IMG/VR virus record: IMGVR_UViG_3300017766_001517
Span: 1-42,242 of that record
Length of the DNA stretch: 42,242 bases
Reading direction: 5' to 3' (one strand)
Source: a virus
Lineage: Duplodnaviria > Caudoviricetes
In this document: piece after piece, positions 8,767 through 18,171 of the stretch
How the letters are laid out: every line of letters starts with the position of its first letter
How positions within the stretch are numbered: the first letter of the stretch is position 1
Program-made: the position numbers and the translations under genes
Notes under the pieces: generated by a model
Told to the model about the DNA's origin: nothing
Seen by the model: the letters and a program-made list of their open reading frames with translations, nothing else
The model's database searches: none

Positions 8767-9464
8767 GTTTTTCCTATACGCGCACACGGGAGCAACTCGC
8801 AACGCTGGTGATGCGGAAATTGGCCATCGTCGGCGCATCGCAGACTGTGGCCAGCGCAGACTCCGAAATGGTCTATGAGGCCGCAGACTTGCGCTTGAAG
8901 GAAATGCACCGTCTGGGCATCGTATGGCGCTACGTGCCGGAGGTGCCGCTGTCATTCGCAGTCACCGCCAGCATCAATACCGCATCGGCTACCACGGATA
9001 TTCAGTTCCCTATTGCGCTGTTTATTGCCGACGGTTCACGCGATTTGCCGGTTCAGATCGTCAATGTCAGGCAATTTACCGATATTCAGGATAAACCGCA
9101 GACAGGGTTGCCGTGCAAGGCGCTGTGGCGTGGCGGCGCGGAATTCGAGTTCTGGCCGGTTCCGACGGTGACGACGACCGCCAAACTGGTCTATGAGCAA
9201 TTCGCGCAGGACACCACGGAAGGCTCCGCGATTGACGTTGACGTATCCATGATTCGCTGGATGCGCGACATTATCTGCTATGACTTGGGCGACGTTTACG
9301 GGAAAACAGACCAGACGATGATGCGCTGGAAGGCGGATTGCATGGAAGCCGAACGCAACATTCGTAAACTGAACGCGCGACGGGTTAGTTATGAGCCGGT
9401 AGCCGTCGATGATTTCCGGTCTGACCGTGGGTATGAGAACGACTATGGGTGGCCGAGATGGTGA
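8763..9464 (+). CDS. head-tail adaptor (P22 gp4 / tail tubular A-like)
   Basis: TREQL..LVMRKL.IV N-terminus and FWPVP motif; position before the gp10-like gene. Confidence 0.75.
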   Translation: MSFSYTRTREQLATLVMRKLAIVGASQTVASADSEMVYEAADLRLKEMHRLGIVWRYVPEVPLSFAVTASINTASATTDIQFPIALFIADGSRDLPVQIVNVRQFTDIQDKPQTGLPCKALWRGGAEFEFWPVPTVTTTAKLVYEQFAQDTTEGSAIDVDVSMIRWMRDIICYDLGDVYGKTDQTMMRWKADCMEAERNIRKLNARRVSYEPVAVDDFRSDRGYENDYGWPRW

Positions 9465-9628
9465 TTCGCGTCATTATCATCGCCTTTCTGATGGCTGGAT
9501 GCACTGTGCCGCCGCAGCAGTCGCATAAAAAGCCAATGATTTCCGCGCCATTTAATGCCGCAGCAGGACCATGCACTGCCAATCGGGTAATTACCGACGG
9601 GCATGGCGGCGTTTGGTTGGAGTGCTGA
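9458..9628 (+). CDS. small predicted lipoprotein (56 aa; not in the ORF track)
   Basis: MVIRVIIIAFLMAG-C signal/lipobox-like sequence; fills the gap between adaptor stop and gp10-like start. Confidence 0.6.
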   Translation: MVIRVIIIAFLMAGCTVPPQQSHKKPMISAPFNAAAGPCTANRVITDGHGGVWLEC

Positions 9629-9632
9629 CGCC

Positions 9633-11318
9633 GTGCCAATAGAGAAATTACCGCTATTCGGCACCGTCCAGTATTCCGCCGTTCCTGGAACGACTGGCGG
9701 CGCGAATCGAATCCCGCTGAAAAGCCAACTATTCCGTAACTGCATCATCTCGACGCGGGCGAATCCATATACGAATCAGTTCGGCGCAAAAACAGAGAAG
9801 CGACCCGGATTAACGCAAAACACGACCATATCCGGAAGCTCACTCGAATTAGTGGATATTATCGTCGCATCGTGGGGCGGCGGCCTTGTTCACGTTGGCA
9901 CCGGCTCATCGGTTGCTCACGTTAGTCTTGCTGACGCCGTTACGTCTCTCGGTAGTTTGACTTCAGGAAAACATAGTTATTTGTCGGAATTTGATCTTGC
10001 TGGCGTTGGGTATCTTGGCGTAAACACGACTACTGGATATGCTGGATACTGGCGCGAGGACCAGATTACGACGCCTACGACTTTTACCGGCAATACGACC
10101 GGCGGAAGCGCGGTGGTGACGAGCATTGCAAGCACCGCAACCTATTTAGTTGGGCAGGGATTGTCTGGCTCGCAGATTCAAACTGGCTCCAGAATATTAA
10201 GCATTGATTCCGGAACACAGATCACCATGACACTCACTGCGTCCGGCTCTGCGACCCCGGCGACCATCACCCGGCAACCACTAGCACAGATCATCGACGC
10301 TGATTATCCGCAGGCGACGGCAATAGGGCGATTTGCCTACATGGACGGCTACGCCTTTGTGATGACAACCGAGGGCCGAATTTATAACAGTGACCTTGGA
10401 AGCATTGCATCATGGGCCGCATCAAGTTACTTAACCGCCAATGCCTTTCCAGATGAGGGTGTTGGTGTCCTGCGCTATAAAGACCGGATTGTTGCGTTTG
10501 GCAAGATATCTACGGAGTTTTTCACAAATGCGGGGAACGCGACAGGCTCCGTATTGCTTGGCTCATCGGGTGCCAATATAAAAATAGGCGCTGTCGGACC
10601 GCAGGCAATTACCGGCGTTGACGATACGATTGCGTGGATTGGATTATCTCAACAGGGCGGTATTGGCGTCTACATGCTCAATGGATTCTCGCCAGTAAAA
10701 ATATCAACAGATGACGTTGAGGGGTTTTTAAATTCATCGGCGTCAGCAAATCCTTCGTCAACATGGACATTGAGGGCGTCATACATCGCCGGTCGCAGAT
10801 TGATTTTCATGACGGTCAACCAAGTCAGCGAAAACATACCGGCTTTTGTCTACGACATCGAGGGAAAGGAATGGTCGCCGTGGCATGACGCAACGGTATC
10901 GGATGCCTTTAAATTCGTGGTTTACGACCCATTCGAGGGTGTAATCCGAGTTACCGCTGGCGTTGACGAAATTTATCGCATGGTCTACGGAGCATCAACT
11001 GTGTTTTCAACATCAACTCCGGCGGTCATTCAGCTTGGCCCTTGGGATGGCGGAACAGGAAACAGAAAATTCGTTCACTCGTATGAGTTGCAGGCAGACC
11101 AGCTATCGAGCGGAGCCGTCATCGCAACACTAGAGGCCTCCGACGATGACGGACAAAATTGGTCAACAATCGGCACATTTAACCTGCGAGACAAGAATCC
11201 TCGAATCTTCCGCGGCGGAAGTTTTACTCGTGGGCGGATGCACCGCATCACGCAGACTGGCAATAACCCGTTCGGCTGCTCATATCTGGCCGTTAATTAC
11301 GATGCGGGGCAGACATAA
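9633..11318 (+). CDS. tail hub / packaged-DNA stabilization protein (P22 gp10-like)
   Basis: KRPGL near N-terminus, YMDGY, FGKISTEFF.NAG, SDDDGQNWS; GTG 9633 with GGAG RBS. Confidence 0.8.
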   Translation: MPIEKLPLFGTVQYSAVPGTTGGANRIPLKSQLFRNCIISTRANPYTNQFGAKTEKRPGLTQNTTISGSSLELVDIIVASWGGGLVHVGTGSSVAHVSLADAVTSLGSLTSGKHSYLSEFDLAGVGYLGVNTTTGYAGYWREDQITTPTTFTGNTTGGSAVVTSIASTATYLVGQGLSGSQIQTGSRILSIDSGTQITMTLTASGSATPATITRQPLAQIIDADYPQATAIGRFAYMDGYAFVMTTEGRIYNSDLGSIASWAASSYLTANAFPDEGVGVLRYKDRIVAFGKISTEFFTNAGNATGSVLLGSSGANIKIGAVGPQAITGVDDTIAWIGLSQQGGIGVYMLNGFSPVKISTDDVEGFLNSSASANPSSTWTLRASYIAGRRLIFMTVNQVSENIPAFVYDIEGKEWSPWHDATVSDAFKFVVYDPFEGVIRVTAGVDEIYRMVYGASTVFSTSTPAVIQLGPWDGGTGNRKFVHSYELQADQLSSGAVIATLEASDDDGQNWSTIGTFNLRDKNPRIFRGGSFTRGRMHRITQTGNNPFGCSYLAVNYDAGQT

Positions 11319-12049
11319 TGCCTATTGAAGATTTTGAGCGATTTGCTACTGGTGCGGATTTCATGTCGGCCACCGTTCAAGGATGGCTCCAGAAATTAGG
11401 CCTCCGTCAAAACATCGACCTACAGCAAGAACTCACCTCAGTCGCCTCCGGTGATGAGGTTGGCATATTCGACGTTAGCGAGACGGGGCAGGTTGAGTAT
11501 AAGAAGGCGACGATAGGCAACTTACTGGCCGCAGGGATTGCCGCGGCATTTTCCACGCTGACGGTTACTGGACTGCTGACGCTAACTGGCGGGCAGATTA
11601 AATTCCCGGCCACGCAGAATCCATCCTCTGACGCGAATACTTTGGATGATTACGAGGAAGGGACGTGGACGGTGGTGTTTACTTGCGAAACACCTGGCGA
11701 CTTGTCCGTTTCTTACTCCGGTCGCTCCGGTAAATACACAAGAATAGGCGATGCCACGGCCATTTCCTTTAGTCTCGCCACAAGTTCTTTTACGTGGTCA
11801 ACAAGTAGCGGGAATGTATATGTTACTGGAATTCCATTTGTTGCGGCATATGAGGGTTATTCGACGCTGCGTGCGTCTGGATGGACAAACGCCACGTATA
11901 CATACGTAGTGGCGCAGATAAATGCCGGTGACAATAAATTTAGGTTTAATCAATGTGCGTCAGGCGTGGCGCGAGCGGTTATGCAGATTTCTTCTGTTCC
12001 ATCTGGCGGTTCTGTCGATTTTACAACCTCATTAATTTATTTTGTGTGA
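11318..12049 (+). CDS. short tail fibre / receptor-binding protein
   Basis: DANTLDDYEEGTWT...GKYTRIG...GIPF motif typical of phage fibre C-terminal domains. Confidence 0.7.
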   Translation: MPIEDFERFATGADFMSATVQGWLQKLGLRQNIDLQQELTSVASGDEVGIFDVSETGQVEYKKATIGNLLAAGIAAAFSTLTVTGLLTLTGGQIKFPATQNPSSDANTLDDYEEGTWTVVFTCETPGDLSVSYSGRSGKYTRIGDATAISFSLATSSFTWSTSSGNVYVTGIPFVAAYEGYSTLRASGWTNATYTYVVAQINAGDNKFRFNQCASGVARAVMQISSVPSGGSVDFTTSLIYFV

Positions 12050-12052
12050 TAT

Positions 12053-12415
12053 ATGAAAAAAATAGACATCTGCGTGGGCACTGACCGAGAGAGGAATATC
12101 AGGGTAAGGCTTTCTCTGCTGTTTATTGACGATGATAGCGGCGAGTTAATAGCGGAAAAATACCACTCTGGCGCATTGCAACCCGGTGACAATCCGCAAG
12201 CCCTGAGAGACGCATGGGATGCACACCTATCAAACCCTGACGGCGGAATCCCCGGCGCTCCGTGGCCGAAGATTCCAGATGCAGAGTGGGCTGAAGTTGA
12301 GGCGATTGCTTCAATCATTCACACACCTGAACGTATAGCCAAACGCAGATCAGATAACGAAAACACGCGGCAAAAAATGGCAGCATTACTCGGAAACGTG
12401 AGGGCAGCAAAATGA
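12053..12415 (+). CDS. probable tail-fibre-associated/chaperone protein
   Basis: Directly follows the fibre gene; KYH...LQPG...IHTPE pattern. Confidence 0.55.
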   Translation: MKKIDICVGTDRERNIRVRLSLLFIDDDSGELIAEKYHSGALQPGDNPQALRDAWDAHLSNPDGGIPGAPWPKIPDAEWAEVEAIASIIHTPERIAKRRSDNENTRQKMAALLGNVRAAK

Positions 12416-13599
12416 CCGAACAAGAATTCAATAATCTCATCGCACAGACTATACCCGGCTCTGGCATGGGCATGGTCGATGGTCAAGACGAGTGGTATGG
12501 CGACATGACGCGAATTGCGCCTTTAATCGACCTGCGAACTCAGTTGATGAGTATGCGAGATGCGGCCAGTCAGGGTAAGCCCGGAGTGAATTTCACCGAC
12601 GCCCGGATGGATGAGATTCTGCGTAATGCAGCGCAAGGCGGATTCCGTTCTTTTGATGGTGATTTCGCCAAATATGCGACGCCTGCCGAGGTGGCCGGAT
12701 TCCAAGGCTGGGATCAATGGGCGCAGCAGCTTAATTCTAAGAATGACTTGATGACGTATGCGCCTATTCTTGGCGGCTTGGCGTTGGGTGGCTATGCGCT
12801 AGCACCTGAATTATTTGGCGCTGCTGGTGCCGAGGCCGCTGGTGCGGCAGGAGGCGGTGAGTTGGCGGCTGGTGCCGGTGAATTTATAGGCGGCGCATCA
12901 GGCGGAACAGTTGCCGGTGAGGGTGCATTGAGCGGACTGGCCGGTGGCGCATCTGGGGCGGAGGTTGCGGGCGCGGTTGGTGGTGGCGCGTTGTCAGGTG
13001 CGGGTGCCGCAGCAGGCGGTGGTGCATTGACTCAGGCCGCTGGCTCGGCAATGTCTCGGATATTGGACGGCACGGCGACGACGGCTGACTGGACGCAGGT
13101 ATTAGGTGCTGGCGCAAGTGCTGGCCTTGGCGCGGCTGGTGCAAACGCGCAGGCTGGCGCATACAGTGATGTTGCCGATAAGTATCTGGCGCTAGGTGCG
13201 CCGTATCGGGATAAATTGCTGGAAACGTATCAGCCGGGATACAGCATTGCGGACTCACCGGATTTCATGAATGCACTTGATGTCGGTGCGCAAGCGGCGG
13301 CACGGGCTACGTCAGCCAAAAGTGGAAATCCTGTGGACAATCCGGGCGCATACGCCGAGATGCAGAAATACATTTCCGGTTCCCTCGCATTGCCGCAACT
13401 GAACACGACGCGCTCACAGCTTGGCACGTTCGGGCAGCTTGGCACGAATATCGCCGGTTCTAACGATACTGCTGCGGCAGGGCAGACTAGCGGCGCATAC
13501 AATGCGCTCGGCTACGGACTCGGTCAGATCACGCAACCGCAAAATCAGTATGGCGGTGCATTGTCGAAATTGTTATTGAATTCATCGCAGTATCTGTAA
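12412..13599 (+). CDS. DNA ejection/pilot protein 1
   Basis: Gly/Ala-rich with a hydrophobic segment; first of three genes in the podovirus ejection-protein position. Confidence 0.65.
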   Translation: MTEQEFNNLIAQTIPGSGMGMVDGQDEWYGDMTRIAPLIDLRTQLMSMRDAASQGKPGVNFTDARMDEILRNAAQGGFRSFDGDFAKYATPAEVAGFQGWDQWAQQLNSKNDLMTYAPILGGLALGGYALAPELFGAAGAEAAGAAGGGELAAGAGEFIGGASGGTVAGEGALSGLAGGASGAEVAGAVGGGALSGAGAAAGGGALTQAAGSAMSRILDGTATTADWTQVLGAGASAGLGAAGANAQAGAYSDVADKYLALGAPYRDKLLETYQPGYSIADSPDFMNALDVGAQAAARATSAKSGNPVDNPGAYAEMQKYISGSLALPQLNTTRSQLGTFGQLGTNIAGSNDTAAAGQTSGAYNALGYGLGQITQPQNQYGGALSKLLLNSSQYL

Positions 13600-13615
13600 C
13601 TAAGTAGAGGCACAC

Positions 13616-14839
13616 ATGGCATCTATCGCACCCGGACTAGACGGCTACATCGCGGCACAGCAACTCGGCCAGCAACGCCAGCAGCAGGAAATGGGCGTCC
13701 TGATGCAACTCGCGCAATTGCAGCGTCAGCAGCAGCAGGACGCGCTGGCGGCAGAGGAAAGGCCGCTGAAAATGAACTTGCTGCGGTCGCAGATTGCGGA
13801 GAAAGACGCTACGGCGGCGAATACCGCTAACCAGCGGGCCGCTCAAGGTGCTTTATCTAGACTGGCAATGACCGGCGGATACACCGGCCCGCAAGCAGAG
13901 GGTGTGCCGACTGCGGTGGCTCCGAACGATGCCGAGGCTCTGCGCATGGTGCAGGAAGCCGATGCTCGCGGGCAACCGATGGGCGTCAACGTGCCGAATC
14001 CTGGTAACGTGCGGGCACTGACTTCGATGGCGTTTCCGGCTGAGTTTGGGCGGGCGCAGGCGCAGGCTTTGTTTAGGGAGCCGAAAACACCGGCAGTCAG
14101 CAACCTTACAAAACTAATACAGGAGCGTGATGCGCTGCCCGTAGGAGACCCTCGACGCGCCACATACGACGCCGCAATCTCGAAAGGCACCACACACGCA
14201 CCCGGCGTCAATATCGACCTGAAACAAGAGGGTGAGTTCGGAAAAACGGTCGGCAAGGAATTCGGTGAGATGTATACCGGCGCGATCAAGGCTGAGTTCA
14301 ACGCGCCACGGAATATCGCCAACTATGACCGCCTCGGAAGCCTGCTCGGACAGGTGAATACCGGAAAGTTCGCCGGCACGATTCAAGACCTGAAGGCTGC
14401 GGCAAAGGCTGCTGGCGCTGACTTGACGGCGATGGGCATCAAGGACGATGTGGCTCCGGCGCAGGCTGTGCGGCAGATTAGCAACATGCTGGCCCTTGAG
14501 TTGCGGAATCCGGCTGGCGGCGCAGGTATGCCGGGTGCGATGTCGGATAAAGACCGCGAGTTCTTGGTGCAGTCGATTCCTGGGCTTGAGAATGATCCGG
14601 CAGCCATTGGAAAGATGATCGAATACCGAAAGAAAATCGCGGAACGTGACCAGCAAGTCGGCAAACTCGCCCGCGATTACCGCAAGCGCACCGGACGATT
14701 TGACGAGGGATTTTTCGATGAATTGAAGTCGTTTTCGGACGCTAACCCGATGTTCCCGCAGAGTGCTGCTACTGCGGCACCGTCAGCGGCCACAGGTGGT
14801 GTGCGCCGATATAACCCGGCAACAGGCCGCATCGAATGA
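13616..14839 (+). CDS. DNA ejection protein 2
   Basis: Q/A-rich helical protein, GAMSDKDREFL, C-terminal RYNPATGRIE. Confidence 0.65.
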   Translation: MASIAPGLDGYIAAQQLGQQRQQQEMGVLMQLAQLQRQQQQDALAAEERPLKMNLLRSQIAEKDATAANTANQRAAQGALSRLAMTGGYTGPQAEGVPTAVAPNDAEALRMVQEADARGQPMGVNVPNPGNVRALTSMAFPAEFGRAQAQALFREPKTPAVSNLTKLIQERDALPVGDPRRATYDAAISKGTTHAPGVNIDLKQEGEFGKTVGKEFGEMYTGAIKAEFNAPRNIANYDRLGSLLGQVNTGKFAGTIQDLKAAAKAAGADLTAMGIKDDVAPAQAVRQISNMLALELRNPAGGAGMPGAMSDKDREFLVQSIPGLENDPAAIGKMIEYRKKIAERDQQVGKLARDYRKRTGRFDEGFFDELKSFSDANPMFPQSAATAAPSAATGGVRRYNPATGRIE

Positions 14840-16839
14840 GCCAAATAGTCGAAGTTCCGGGCATGGGTCGCGTCGAGTTCCCGGACGGGATGAGCGACGC
14901 TGCGATGGCCGATGCGATTAAGGCGAATATGCCTAAGGCATCGAACGCCGACCGCATCCCCGGAATCATGCCGCAGGGCAAGGTATCGGTCGCGGAGGAC
15001 ATGGCGAAATCCGCCGCATCAGCCATTCCGAAGGCTGCGGCTGGTCTGGTCGGATTGCCGCAAACCATCCTGTCATTGCCGGGTAAGGCCGCTGGTGCAG
15101 TGGGACTGCCAACCGCAAAAAGCTATCTTGACGAGTTATTCTCGGCTCCGAACATTGGCGACATATCCCGCAGTGGTTTCGAGAAATTGGGCGTGATGTA
15201 TGAGCCGCAGACGACGCCGGGTAAATTTACCGGGGCGATTACTGAGGGCGCGGCTGGCGGCGCTCCGATGGGTGTCGTGGCTGCACTAGCTGGTGCTGCT
15301 GGTGGTGGTGCGTCAGAACTCGCCGGACAACTGACGGACAATAACCCGTATTGGCGGCTTGCCGCTGGTCTGATGGGTGGTTTGACGGTAGGCGGATTGG
15401 CATCGCTCAGACAGCCCACAGGAGCCGTCCTGAACGATGTATTGCGGGATACCACGCCGCAGCAGATGCAGCAGGCCCAGAGATTGATCGACAACGCCCG
15501 CACGATGGGCGTGGTATTGACTGGGCCAGAAGCCATCGCGCAGGTTAAGCGGTCGGCCACTGAGCCGATTTTGGGCGTTCAGCGCGTGGTGGAGCAGTCT
15601 CGCGGTGGTGGCCCGACGATGGCGGCAACGATGGCGGCGCGTCCGGGTCAGAATGAGGCGGCGTTCCAAGGCGTGTTAAACCGCGTTGGCCCCGCTGTGG
15701 CTGACCCGACCAGTATAGCGCCTCGCGTCGCTGGTGCGGCTGAGCAGACGATTGATGCGGCTCGGCAGGCGGGGAATGCGCGGGCGGCTCCGTTATACGC
15801 GGCAGCACAAGCGCAGACGGTGCCGAGTTCCACATGGAACAATGCCGTGACCAATCCAGCCATTGCGGAGGCTCTGGTGCGCGTTCGCAATAATCCGCTG
15901 CTTGGCCTGCAAAACGAGACGGCAGGCTCCGTGCGCTGGCTGGACGCCGCCAAGAAATACTTGGATGAGGCCAGCAATCCGGCCATTGGCGCATCGGCAC
16001 TGGAACGCACTGGCGCTGCCGGTGCGACTCGCGCAGCCTCTGATTTACGCTCCTCAGTTGACGCCGTTATTCCAGCATACGGACAGGCGCGGGGTATCGT
16101 GGAACGTAACATGCGCGATGTGGTCGAGCCGTTGCAACGGCAACCAATAGGCCAACTCGCGGCTACCGCTGGCCCGAACAAAATACCGACGTTTGAGGCG
16201 CAGCGGCAAGTGCTGTTTCCCGCCAACCCGGAAACGCTGACGCCTTCCGCAGTCCGTCAAACCATCAATCAAATCCGGGTGCGCGACCCGAACGCTGCCC
16301 GCGATCTGACGCGCCAATTCCTTGAGACGCAATTCAACGAGGTTACGCAGCGACTAGTGGCCGGTGAAAACGCGATGGGCGGCGCTAAGTTTGCCGCTGC
16401 ACTGACCGGCAACACACGGCAGGGTGAAAACATCAGGGCGGCAATTCAATCCACTGGCGGCGATCAAGCGCTGACCGGATTTAATCGGTTTATCAGCATT
16501 ATGGAGGCGCAGGGCAAGCGTCAACCGGCTGGCTCCATGACCGAATTCAACAAACAAATCAGCGAGGAGTTAGGGCGCGGCGGCTTAGTCGGTCAAGCGG
16601 CGTCCACGGCGGCATCCCCCGGCGCATGGTTGACCGGCGCGAAAGACTGGTATGAGCGCTTCAAATACGGTGGCAACACGGCGGAACTGGCGCAGATATT
16701 CACAGACCCACGCTCAGTAGACCGTATGCGCCGCCTCGCCATGATGAATCCCGGCACAGAACGGGCGCAGGCGTTGGCGGCGGTCATCGCGGCCAGCAAT
16801 GCGCCCCAACGCACAGAACAACCACAAACAGGGCAATAA
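14836..16839 (+). CDS. DNA ejection protein 3
   Basis: VEFPDGMS N-terminus, Gly/Ala hydrophobic stretch, 667 aa, last virion gene before lysis. Confidence 0.65.
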   Translation: MSQIVEVPGMGRVEFPDGMSDAAMADAIKANMPKASNADRIPGIMPQGKVSVAEDMAKSAASAIPKAAAGLVGLPQTILSLPGKAAGAVGLPTAKSYLDELFSAPNIGDISRSGFEKLGVMYEPQTTPGKFTGAITEGAAGGAPMGVVAALAGAAGGGASELAGQLTDNNPYWRLAAGLMGGLTVGGLASLRQPTGAVLNDVLRDTTPQQMQQAQRLIDNARTMGVVLTGPEAIAQVKRSATEPILGVQRVVEQSRGGGPTMAATMAARPGQNEAAFQGVLNRVGPAVADPTSIAPRVAGAAEQTIDAARQAGNARAAPLYAAAQAQTVPSSTWNNAVTNPAIAEALVRVRNNPLLGLQNETAGSVRWLDAAKKYLDEASNPAIGASALERTGAAGATRAASDLRSSVDAVIPAYGQARGIVERNMRDVVEPLQRQPIGQLAATAGPNKIPTFEAQRQVLFPANPETLTPSAVRQTINQIRVRDPNAARDLTRQFLETQFNEVTQRLVAGENAMGGAKFAAALTGNTRQGENIRAAIQSTGGDQALTGFNRFISIMEAQGKRQPAGSMTEFNKQISEELGRGGLVGQAASTAASPGAWLTGAKDWYERFKYGGNTAELAQIFTDPRSVDRMRRLAMMNPGTERAQALAAVIAASNAPQRTEQPQTGQ

Positions 16840-16840
16840 A

Positions 16841-17143
16841 ATGATCGACAGCGTATCCCCAAATGAGACGATGCTTGCCGGTATTGCTGGCGCTGTGATT
16901 TCAATGGCATTCATTGAAGGTTCAGTTAAATACAAGGCGGCGCTGTGTATGGGCGGTTTTGCTGCATCCCATTACCTGACGCCGTTCGCGGTGAAATACT
17001 TCCAACTGGAGGAATCGGGCGGCGCAGCATTCGTTATCGGCATCTTCGCAATGTCACTGACTGCGGCGGTCATCAGGGTATTAAAGGGCGTGGACTTTAA
17101 CAGTCTATTTACGCAAATCGGTTCATGGTTTGGGCGGAAATAA
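16841..17143 (+). CDS. holin-like membrane protein
   Basis: ~100 aa with three hydrophobic segments (AGIAGAVISM, GGAAFVIGIFAM); start of the lysis cassette. Confidence 0.75.
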   Translation: MIDSVSPNETMLAGIAGAVISMAFIEGSVKYKAALCMGGFAASHYLTPFAVKYFQLEESGGAAFVIGIFAMSLTAAVIRVLKGVDFNSLFTQIGSWFGRK

Positions 17144-17144
17144 C

Positions 17145-17444
17145 ATGGCTAATTTTATTGTTCTGGCATCGGCTGCCGTCATTCTTTGCGTTGTCATTTA
17201 CCTGGGGCTGTGCAAAAGATACGAGGACGGCGTTCTTGGGAATGCTGCGCTGGGCTGTATGGCCTTCGCATCCGGCACCCCCGTGTATGAGGCGATTAAG
17301 GGTCATCATTCTGACTATTACCCGACAACGATATTAATGTATGCTGCCGTGGCGGTGTTCATGGCGCGACACGCTTACAGGTTTCACTCGTATCGGAAAA
17401 CTGGTGCAGGCGAATGGAGGGATTCAGATGAAAAAATCGGTTAA
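17145..17444 (+). CDS. second holin/antiholin-like membrane protein
   Basis: Three hydrophobic segments, YEDG..G motif, basic C-terminal region. Confidence 0.65.
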   Translation: MANFIVLASAAVILCVVIYLGLCKRYEDGVLGNAALGCMAFASGTPVYEAIKGHHSDYYPTTILMYAAVAVFMARHAYRFHSYRKTGAGEWRDSDEKIG

Positions 17445-17622
17445 AGAGTCGGCAAAAGAGGCTGCGGCCCGTATCGACGCCGCATTGCAGAAAGCCGAGC
17501 CGGTAGCGGATTCGCTGCTAACCCGCCTCGCCGCCCGAATGGTCGCATCGCCCTATACCGTGCCGTGGCTGCTGGGGGTTGCTGTGTGTTGCGTGGTGGC
17601 TCTGGCTTGGGTGATGTGGTGA
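17428..17622 (+). CDS. small C-terminally anchored membrane protein
   Basis: GGAGG RBS, 64 aa, helical N-terminus and one C-terminal TM segment. Confidence 0.6.
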   Translation: MKKSVKESAKEAAARIDAALQKAEPVADSLLTRLAARMVASPYTVPWLLGVAVCCVVALAWVMW

Positions 17623-17626
17623 GATA

Positions 17627-17701
17627 TGGCGGGGTAGAAGGGATTCGAACCCTCATCGCACGGATAGACAATCCGGTGCATTACCAGTCTGCCACCACCC
17701 C
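17627..17701 (-). tRNA. tRNA-Asp(GTC), atypical
   Basis: Minus strand: GGGGTGG TG GCAGACTGGTAATGC A CCGGA TTGTCTA TCCGT GCGAT GAGGG TTCGAAT CCCTT CTACCCC G CCA; G73 discriminator, encoded CCA. Confidence 0.85.
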
Positions 17702-17709
17702 GAGCGGGA

Positions 17710-17737
17710 ATTATAGCGCATGGAATTAACGCTGCAA
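17710..17737 (-). promoter_or_regulatory. sigma70 stable-RNA-type promoter for the tRNA
   Basis: TTGCAG-16 bp-TATAAT followed by GC-rich TCCCGCTC, 8 nt upstream of tRNA G1. Confidence 0.75.
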
Positions 17738-18118
17738 CGGTTGCCTAGCGACGAATTCCGCACCCACGGCGACCTGCTGATTGACGGTGAGCATCTGTGC
17801 GTCACGCTGGAGGATACCGTGCGCGCCGAGAAAATCCACGGTCGCACCGCAATCCCCGCCGGCCGCTACCGCATCACAATGGAAACGTCGCCCCGCTTCG
17901 GGCCAAATACACTGACGGTCAATAACGTGCCGGGATTCGTGGGCGTTCGCATACACGCGGGCAATACCGAGGAGGATACCGAGGGCTGCCCGCTGGTTGG
18001 CATGGTGCGCCTCGCGTCCAGCATCGGGCGGTCTAAGGAGGCTTTGGCGCTGCTGAAACCGAGGGTTTCGGATGGGCTGGCGGAGGGTGATGTTTGGCTT
18101 ACAATACTGCCAGCGTAA
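17720..18118 (+). CDS. putative endolysin (DUF5675, YkuD-like)
   Basis: CVTLED, TAIPAGRY, GVRIHAGNT..DTEGCPLVG; lies between holins and spanins. Confidence 0.8.
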   Translation: MELTLQRLPSDEFRTHGDLLIDGEHLCVTLEDTVRAEKIHGRTAIPAGRYRITMETSPRFGPNTLTVNNVPGFVGVRIHAGNTEEDTEGCPLVGMVRLASSIGRSKEALALLKPRVSDGLAEGDVWLTILPA

Positions 18119-18171
18119 CGAGTTTTAACCGCGCCATGACGGAATCATGGTAAATCAAAAGGAGTATCAAA

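Noticed and set aside
12830-13160. Gly/Ala repeats as a tandem repeat or CRISPR-like array
   Set aside because: Low-complexity coding sequence of an ejection protein, with no fixed repeat-spacer period
17627-17660. tRNA 3' end as an attP site
   Set aside because: No integrase nearby; the tRNA is complete with its own promoter, and integration here would split the lysis cassette
17627-17701. Amber suppressor (CTA) reading of the tRNA, or genome recoding
   Set aside because: CTA occupies positions 36-38, not 34-36; genes are intact in the standard code and TAG is used as a coupled stop
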